Shown here piece by piece: positions 58,305-64,000 of a stretch of DNA of 64,000 nt; the stretch's first letter is position 1; each line of letters begins with the position of its first letter. A model generated the notes under the pieces. It was not told where the DNA came from, ran no database searches, and saw only the letters and a list, made by a program, of their open reading frames with translations. The stretch comes from Cenarchaeum sp. Its GTDB lineage: Archaea > Thermoproteota > Nitrososphaeria > Nitrososphaerales > Nitrosopumilaceae. The stretch is from NCBI GenBank assembly GCA_965212015.1, contig OZ243037.1, forward strand, positions 1,216,001 through 1,280,000, given 5' to 3'. The translations under genes and the position numbers were made by a program.

Positions 58305-61300
58305 CTAGCCTGCAAAATCCGAAAGCAGCGCCTGATCCCCCCGGCTCTTTCCAAAGACCAGATCAATCTCGTCGGAGAGGGCGTGAATCCTTCCGCGCTG
58401 ATACCTGCTGACGTTGTATTTTTCAACCAGGCGTTTTGCAAGCTTGAGGTATTTTTCTACGGACGGTCTTGTGATGGTCTGGATGAGGTCGTGCTTGCAG
58501 GCGCAGCGCTGGGTCAGCGGGGCCCTCCTGTAGCTCCGGCCGCACAGGGTGCACCGCAGGTTCTGCCTTGCATACGACCTGAGGTTTCCCATTATGTCCG
58601 GCACCAGGTGCGTGGAGATGACGTTTGAGACCGTCTCTGCGGTGTCTACCACGTCGATCATGTCTGCGTTTCTTATCTGCAGATCAAACTTGTCAAGCAT
58701 CGAGTCAAGCGTAGAGTACGCGCTGCGCGACTTTGAGGTGGTCAGCGTGGATGTCTGGTGCGTAAAATGATAGTTGCTGAACTGCTCCCTTGTGTCCAGG
58801 CGGGATTTTATTATCTCGACGCAGTCAATGGCGGAGGCCTTGTGCCGCAAAAGCGTGGACTCGTAGAACTCTAGGGGGAATGACTTTGTGACCTCGAGGT
58901 TGTGCGCCTGCGGCTGCGATTCGTGCGGCAGTACCAGCGGCTGAATCAAGAGTGGCGCGTCCATCAGTCCCCCGATCTTGTCGGAGAGAAACTGCCGCGA
59001 AAAGTTGAGCAGTGCGTCCATCAGCAGTATGATCGAGTCTGCGTCCCCGTCTGCGTCCCTGCGCTTGGCAGAATGCCAGTTGGGCGTGGCAAAGCACACG
59101 TGGGTGTTGGTATAACCCACAACCCTTGCGACTATTCCGACGGACGTGTGGGGGGCGAGCCCCACTACCAGGTGGCCCAGCAGCTCGTCAGTGTCCGAAA
59201 CGTTGTAAAATTTTGGCCTGCCGTAAAATTTGTCGAGTTCGGCATCGACGTATTTGCAAATGTTCACCAGATACCTTGCCGACTCGAACGGGATTATAAT
59301 GTCCTGCATTTTGAGCTCGACTGTCTGATCCGGGTCGGTCAGCTCCCTTCCTTGCGCGTCTACAAGATAGCCTAGCTCCCTGAGCCGCTTGGGACTAGTC
59401 CCGATCCATGACGGCTTGAAATGCGTCAGGGGGGAGTTTGTTGCGTCAAATCTCACCGTGCCGTCCTTAAAGACGGTAAGGCCCCTGCTCTGCCTGATCA
59501 GCCCCTTTTCTAGCGGTTCGGCTATCTTGTCCTGGTTGATGAGATCCCTTACGCCCTTGAGCGGCTCTTGCGCCCTGATGCCGGTCTTTTCCTGGGCGTA
59601 CAGCAGCTTCTTTTTTAGCGGAAAATTTTTGTAGGAATGCGAGATGCACTGCCTCTTGCATCTGTCGCAGTACTGTTCGCCTAGTACGGATCTGCACGCA
59701 GGGCACGTATACGCAAGCACGGTCTTTGAGCCGCAGTTCTGGCACCTGATCCCGATGGAAAGCTCGCCGCACTGCTTGCATGTCCGGTCCGATATGTTGG
59801 TGTAAAAGTCCGGCTGTGACGACGCCCTGAGCAGGTCGCGGGTCATTCCGCCCTTGTTGGCAACTGGAAACAGGCAGTGAGTCGGGGGCTTCATCTGCCT
59901 TGGCGCCGCCTTTTCTGGCCTGCCAATTCTCACGCCAATTGAGGTGGAGAACTTGTTGCGTATTGTAATTCCCGAGTATTTTGAGATCAGCTGGGGGACC
60001 GGGACGGATCTGTCAATCTCTGGCTTTTTCTTGAACAGGAGGCGGGAAAATATCCGGGCCTCGTCCCCGTCGAGCAAAATTCCAGAGTCATCAACCCTGT
60101 GCGGCACTGCCAGCCTCTCCAGTATTCTCTTGCAGGAGGGCCGATACCTTATCGAGTTCTCGCCTGTCTCCGAGGGCGCCAGAATCTCTGCAAGCTCGTC
60201 GTGGGAGATTTTATCCCAGTAAAACAGATACTTTGGATGCAGCGGGATTCCGTGATCCTGCGCCAGTCTCACGGACTCGTCTAGCGACGGAATCCTCCCA
60301 AGAAACTCCGAGGCGCCGCCGGCATCCCCGGGGAGTTTTTTCCTTAGATCCTCAATCCAAAACTCCTCGACGTATCCGGAGGGCACCAAATGCGCATTGT
60401 TCTCAAGAAAGTCGCCAAACGAGATTAGAATGTCGCCAAGGTGAAGGATTTTTTCCACCTGGCCCCTGACTTTGATGCCGTGCTCGGCGTCGCGGATTTT
60501 GACTACGTCCCCGTTTTTGAGCCGCACCGTGGGAGTCTCGATAGAGTCAACGAATGCCACGGTGGCGCCCTTGCCGGGAATGTCTATTTTTATCTGTGTT
60601 CCCACGGCGATGGTGTGATCCAAAATCTCTGCGACGGCCGGATGAAACCCTACTGAGGCAAAGCCGGTGTTGCACGACCTGCCGTACCGCAGCCTAAAGC
60701 CCCCAAGCTTGTTTGGGGCAGACAAAACTGAGCGGCCGGCGATCACCTCGCGCATCCTTTTTGCCGCCGCATCCTCCTGGCTTTCGCCGGTCTGGACTGC
60801 GCCTTTGAGCTGGCCCAGCCAGTCCCAGCCGTCAAGCTTGTACAGCTCGATTCTCTTTACAAGTTTTTTTGATCTGCCAATCAGCCCGTCGTTGAGGACC
60901 CGGAGGGCGCCGCCCCTTACCCGGTCGGTCTTTATCCTGGCCATGCCCTTGTGGTTTACCACCTCGAAGGGATCGGTATCCACGCCGTCAATCTCCACGG
61001 GAAGGTTCGAGATCACCCGGATTATGTCCTCGTCTAAGACATGGAACTGAAAGTTTCCGGCCTCGCGTTCGTATATTCGCAGCTCCTCTACAAACCTGCC
61101 CGTCTCGTCGTCAAACGAGTTTGCCTGGTAGCTTGACAGTCCGACTGCCTTTCTTACGTGATCCGCAATCAGTATTGTAACTGCGGATTCCGTTCCGCCC
61201 GCCGAGCGCATGGGTCCGGCAATCGAGACTGAAAGATAGTCGCTGCCGTCCTTGTTTTTCCTTATTCTTATCTCCGAGATTCCCTGCAGCGGGGCAATCG

Positions 61301-61676
61301 TGACGCCCTCTGTGACTATTGCCAGCCCCACCCTTACTGCGAGATCAAGCCTCTGCTCCAGCGTAGAGTTGTCTGCCATGTACTTGCCCAGTGCGATCTC
61401 GCCGGACAGGGTCAGCGCAGAGATCTCCTTGCCGTTGGTCTTTAGCAGCTTGCGCAGCGGTGCGGCGATGTCGATGTCGTGCATCTTGGAGACGCGGTCG
61501 GCCAGGTCAAATGCTATTTTGGGCTCTATCATGCCAGACGAGTCGACAAGCGTGGATTTTGCATCTGCGGCCTTTTCAAATATAGAGTGAGATTCCAGTG
61601 ACAGGCCGGAGTAATAGTCGCGGTACGAGTCCGGCATGTCAATGCCTTCAATGCGGGTTATGGCGTTGTCTGACAT
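58305..61676 (-). CDS. polC: DNA polymerase D large subunit DP2 (no intein)
   Basis: AGPMRSAGGT, GGFRLRYGR, IGRPEKA, FKDGT.RFD, HSAKRRDADGDAD, GGLMDAPL; Zn fingers. Confidence 0.97.
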   Translation of the reverse strand: MSDNAITRIEGIDMPDSYRDYYSGLSLESHSIFEKAADAKSTLVDSSGMIEPKIAFDLADRVSKMHDIDIAAPLRKLLKTNGKEISALTLSGEIALGKYMADNSTLEQRLDLAVRVGLAIVTEGVTIAPLQGISEIRIRKNKDGSDYLSVSIAGPMRSAGGTESAVTILIADHVRKAVGLSSYQANSFDDETGRFVEELRIYEREAGNFQFHVLDEDIIRVISNLPVEIDGVDTDPFEVVNHKGMARIKTDRVRGGALRVLNDGLIGRSKKLVKRIELYKLDGWDWLGQLKGAVQTGESQEDAAAKRMREVIAGRSVLSAPNKLGGFRLRYGRSCNTGFASVGFHPAVAEILDHTIAVGTQIKIDIPGKGATVAFVDSIETPTVRLKNGDVVKIRDAEHGIKVRGQVEKILHLGDILISFGDFLENNAHLVPSGYVEEFWIEDLRKKLPGDAGGASEFLGRIPSLDESVRLAQDHGIPLHPKYLFYWDKISHDELAEILAPSETGENSIRYRPSCKRILERLAVPHRVDDSGILLDGDEARIFSRLLFKKKPEIDRSVPVPQLISKYSGITIRNKFSTSIGVRIGRPEKAAPRQMKPPTHCLFPVANKGGMTRDLLRASSQPDFYTNISDRTCKQCGELSIGIRCQNCGSKTVLAYTCPACRSVLGEQYCDRCKRQCISHSYKNFPLKKKLLYAQEKTGIRAQEPLKGVRDLINQDKIAEPLEKGLIRQSRGLTVFKDGTVRFDATNSPLTHFKPSWIGTSPKRLRELGYLVDAQGRELTDPDQTVELKMQDIIIPFESARYLVNICKYVDAELDKFYGRPKFYNVSDTDELLGHLVVGLAPHTSVGIVARVVGYTNTHVCFATPNWHSAKRRDADGDADSIILLMDALLNFSRQFLSDKIGGLMDAPLLIQPLVLPHESQPQAHNLEVTKSFPLEFYESTLLRHKASAIDCVEIIKSRLDTREQFSNYHFTHQTSTLTTSKSRSAYSTLDSMLDKFDLQIRNADMIDVVDTAETVSNVISTHLVPDIMGNLRSYARQNLRCTLCGRSYRRAPLTQRCACKHDLIQTITRPSVEKYLKLAKRLVEKYNVSRYQRGRIHALSDEIDLVFGKSRGDQALLSDFAG

Positions 61677-61682
61677 TGCGGA

Positions 61683-62438
61683 TCACTTTCTGGTGCCGTG
61701 GATCGCTTTTACTATTTCGGCGAGCTTTGCAAGTTTCTGATCCCCCTCCAAGAGAGTCCCAATCACGATGGCGTCCGCCCCGGCATCAGATATCTGTCTG
61801 GCAGTCTCAGCATCCCTGATTCCGCCGCCGACAATCAGGAATCCGTCAAAGACGCCTCGGATCGTCTTGATCATCTCGGGCCTGACGCTGGATTTGGCGC
61901 CAGAGCCGGCCTCCAGATAAACAAACCGCATACCCAAAAACTGCGCCGCCAGCGCATATGCTGCGGCAATCTTTGGCTTGTCAAAGGGAATTCCCCGGGC
62001 GGAGCCCACAAACCATGCCGATGTTCCCTCGCCGATGACCAGGTATGCCGTGGGCAGGGGCTCTAGGCCGAATTTCAGTACGCTTGGCGCGCCCAGCGCC
62101 TGCGCCTGCGTGATAAAATACGGGTTTTCAGAGTTCATCAGGGAGCTAAAAAGGATCGCGTCGGCCTCAGGAACGACGCCAGTCACGTTTCCGGGGAAAA
62201 GAATTACCGGAATCTTTACGGATTTTTTGATGTTTCCAACTACTGCGGACATTTCCATCTGGTCGGTGGCCGACGATCCCCCGACTAGTATTGCAGAGGC
62301 GCCCATCTCCTCTACCCGCCTTGCGAGGCCCTCCGAGCTTGCCATATCGGACACCTCAGAGTCGATAAGGACAAAGAGCAGGGTCTTTTTTCTTTTTAAT
62401 TCGGACTTTAGATGGTTCTCGGTGTCGTTTTTAGGCAT
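61683..62438 (-). CDS. Geranylgeranylglyceryl phosphate synthase
   Basis: LVGGS, PVILFPG, SLMNS, YLEAGSGA, VGGGIR. Confidence 0.93.
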   Translation of the reverse strand: MPKNDTENHLKSELKRKKTLLFVLIDSEVSDMASSEGLARRVEEMGASAILVGGSSATDQMEMSAVVGNIKKSVKIPVILFPGNVTGVVPEADAILFSSLMNSENPYFITQAQALGAPSVLKFGLEPLPTAYLVIGEGTSAWFVGSARGIPFDKPKIAAAYALAAQFLGMRFVYLEAGSGAKSSVRPEMIKTIRGVFDGFLIVGGGIRDAETARQISDAGADAIVIGTLLEGDQKLAKLAEIVKAIHGTRK

Positions 62439-62503
62439 AGCACACATTCGGCGGAGGCTCTTTAAAGTTTAAGTGGAGTACCGTTATACTGTTTTGTATA
62501 GCT

Positions 62504-62866
62504 ATGGCGGAGCATAAAGGATCTAATTTCAATAATATTATACAAAAAATTATAGAAAAATCGTTGTTTACAGAGAGACAAATTGAAATTATTTTAGATC
62601 GTAGAAACATTTCAGAGGCGGATTTTAGGATAAGCAGGGGGGCATATTACAGGCAAGTAGGCCAATCTAGGAACAAACTGGCCAGATTCTACTATACCGT
62701 GGCCCTTTTGCGGGGTTTGGGCGTACTTTTGCCCGATGATATTGATGTGATATCAAATCTGGCAGAAAAGATTTCCGTGATAAAAGACAGTGATGTTTTG
62801 GCCGGCCAGGAAGACGAGATTGTAGACGTCATTGACAGGGTGGTTCGGCAGGCATGCAATATGTGA
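62504..62866 (+). CDS. Hypothetical protein, probable HTH DNA-binding (Tfx-like)
   Basis: SLFTERQIEII...ISRGAYYRQV.Q pattern; AT-rich coding sequence. Confidence 0.65.
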   Translation: MAEHKGSNFNNIIQKIIEKSLFTERQIEIILDRRNISEADFRISRGAYYRQVGQSRNKLARFYYTVALLRGLGVLLPDDIDVISNLAEKISVIKDSDVLAGQEDEIVDVIDRVVRQACNM

Positions 62867-63512
62867 TTTGTGATGATCTTGTTGCGTGCAGGCAGTCTCC
62901 AAGGCGTGATTATTGGTGATTCAAATGTTAGTCTAAATGTGAAATTATATTGTTCTATCACAATAAATCACGGTGATTTCATGTATGTGTGATGTTGGTA
63001 GAGATTCCCGATATGGATGTAATTTTAAGCTGGGTTGTGGCGTTTCTGGTGGGAGTAATCGGCCTGTCCCTATACTACAAGCTAAAACCACGCCTGAGCA
63101 TCGGACGAAAAGGTGATGAGGGGGCGAGTCTGGAACGCCTAGAGTACTATGAAAAACAGCTGATTGATATGAAAATACGCCTAGATGCACTCGATATGGT
63201 GTCCGAGCCGGAACCGGCAGGCAGTACCGGGAATACCGCACAGGCACCAGCCAAAAACACTGCAAGGCCGGAGTTTGAGGCGGAGGCTGCCAGACCAGAG
63301 CGCAGACGGCGCGAAAGCACGCCTAGTTATGATCACGCAAACATCACAGACTATGTGTTACGCCTAATCACAGACAAGCCCATGACATCACGTGACATAC
63401 AAGTCACAGTAGGCAGAACGAGGGAGCACATCTCCAGACTAATGAAAAAGCTTTTTGAAGACGGCCTTGTAGAAAGAAACACCGCCGCAAAACCATACAC
63501 ATACTCCATCAC
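62747..63512. repeat. Dispersed GTGAT/ATCAC pentamer array (17 copies counted)
   Basis: GTGAT at 62747, 62777, 62790, 62863, 62870, 62906, 62916, 62973, 62989, 63113; ATCAC at 62957, 62967, 63332, 63343, 63367, 63387, 63508. Confidence 0.75.
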
Positions 63513-63567
63513 AGAAAAGGGCAGGACGGGCCTGGGTATAATCAAGCCGGTGCCGGTTGCCGTATGA
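62989..63567 (+). CDS. Membrane-anchored winged-helix DNA-binding protein (TM - coiled coil - linker - wHTH)
   Basis: N-terminal TM, LEYYEKQLIDMKIRLD coil, Pro/Ala linker, MTSRDIQ..VGRTREHISRLMKKL...GLVER...Y.ITEKG. Confidence 0.85.
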   Translation: MMLVEIPDMDVILSWVVAFLVGVIGLSLYYKLKPRLSIGRKGDEGASLERLEYYEKQLIDMKIRLDALDMVSEPEPAGSTGNTAQAPAKNTARPEFEAEAARPERRRRESTPSYDHANITDYVLRLITDKPMTSRDIQVTVGRTREHISRLMKKLFEDGLVERNTAAKPYTYSITEKGRTGLGIIKPVPVAV

Positions 63568-63600
63568 TTGGGATCGGGCAGGGGGCTTTCTTTCAAAGTG

Positions 63601-63674
63601 TAGATTTTTTATGATAATTTATAATTCTTTTATTTTGATAAATTACATATATTAATATATTACAATATTATAAT
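63601..63674. promoter_or_regulatory. Extremely AT-rich tract with a 14-bp palindrome
   Basis: 6 G/C in 74 nt; ATATATTAATATAT at 63647-63660. Confidence 0.6.
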
Positions 63675-63680
63675 GCCGGC

Positions 63681-63842
63681 ATGGAAGAGGCGCCTCAGGA
63701 AATATTAGTCAAGATATCATCCACGGGCACAATCTCGCTTCCAAAACTATACCGAAAATACATGGATCTGCAAAAGGGCGACTATGTCAGGGTGGTTTTG
63801 AACAGTGACGGCCTGTCAGTCAAAAAGGCGACGATCACTTAG
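63681..63842 (+). CDS. AbrB/MazE/SpoVT-family DNA-binding protein (53 aa)
   Basis: Hand translation: MEEAPQEILVKISSTGTISLPKLYRKYMDLQKGDYVRVVLNSDGLSVKKATIT. Confidence 0.85.
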   Translation: MEEAPQEILVKISSTGTISLPKLYRKYMDLQKGDYVRVVLNSDGLSVKKATIT

Positions 63843-64000
63843 CGTATTGTGGGCTGTTTTTGGGCCAGTTTAATGATCTGATAGGTCCATTCCCGGCCTG
63901 TTTTTGAGCGCTGCACCCTGCCTTTTTGGGCAAATCTGGCCAGATATGTGGATATGATGCTCAGTTTGATCGGCTCGTTGTATTCGTCCTCGTATTTCTC
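63839..64000 (-). CDS. 3' end of a winged-helix protein (partial, begins beyond the window)
   Basis: ...EKYEDEYNEPIKLSIISTYLARFAQKGRVQRSKTGREWTYQII...stop. Confidence 0.7.
   Translation of the reverse strand, partial: EKYEDEYNEPIKLSIISTYLARFAQKGRVQRSKTGREWTYQIIKLAQKQPTIR

Noticed and set aside
58305-61676. Possible intein in PolD DP2
   Set aside because: The length (1123 aa) and continuous motifs leave no room for one; no intein termini seen.
1-64000. CRISPR array, IS/transposase, integrase, rRNA
   Set aside because: No regularly spaced repeats, recombinase/transposase motifs or rRNA-like sequence found by eye; the intergenic gaps are too short.

Overview
This is a gene-dense archaeal chromosome segment. 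aIF-2 gamma, rpS6e, PriS/PriL, PolD DP2, TFB, thermosome, GGGP synthase, an ESCRT-III (CdvB-like) protein, cobalamin genes and P-x-W-x-K/R-x-x-A-x-W-W surface-protein tails point to an ammonia-oxidising archaeon (Nitrosopumilaceae). Its visibly high GC content suggests a host/sponge-associated lineage (inference). Most of the window is core genome, with two tRNAs (Gly-CCC, Pro-GGG) and two lower-GC accessory inserts of secreted proteins. I found no CRISPR array, integrase or transposase. The best leads are: (1) a polarised, partly helically phased GTGAT/ATCAC array spanning a membrane-anchored winged-helix gene, next to a ~92% AT tract and the PolD gene (candidate centromere, tether or origin); (2) a KamA radical-SAM + second glutamine synthetase + MscS cluster (candidate beta-amino-acid osmolyte system); (3) a ~140-nt structured RNA unit with a 9-codon micro-ORF upstream of the cysH-sat operon; (4) a MurI homologue with both catalytic Cys replaced by Ser; and (5) a split CCA-adding enzyme. 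All calls come from motif recognition by eye; no searches were run.
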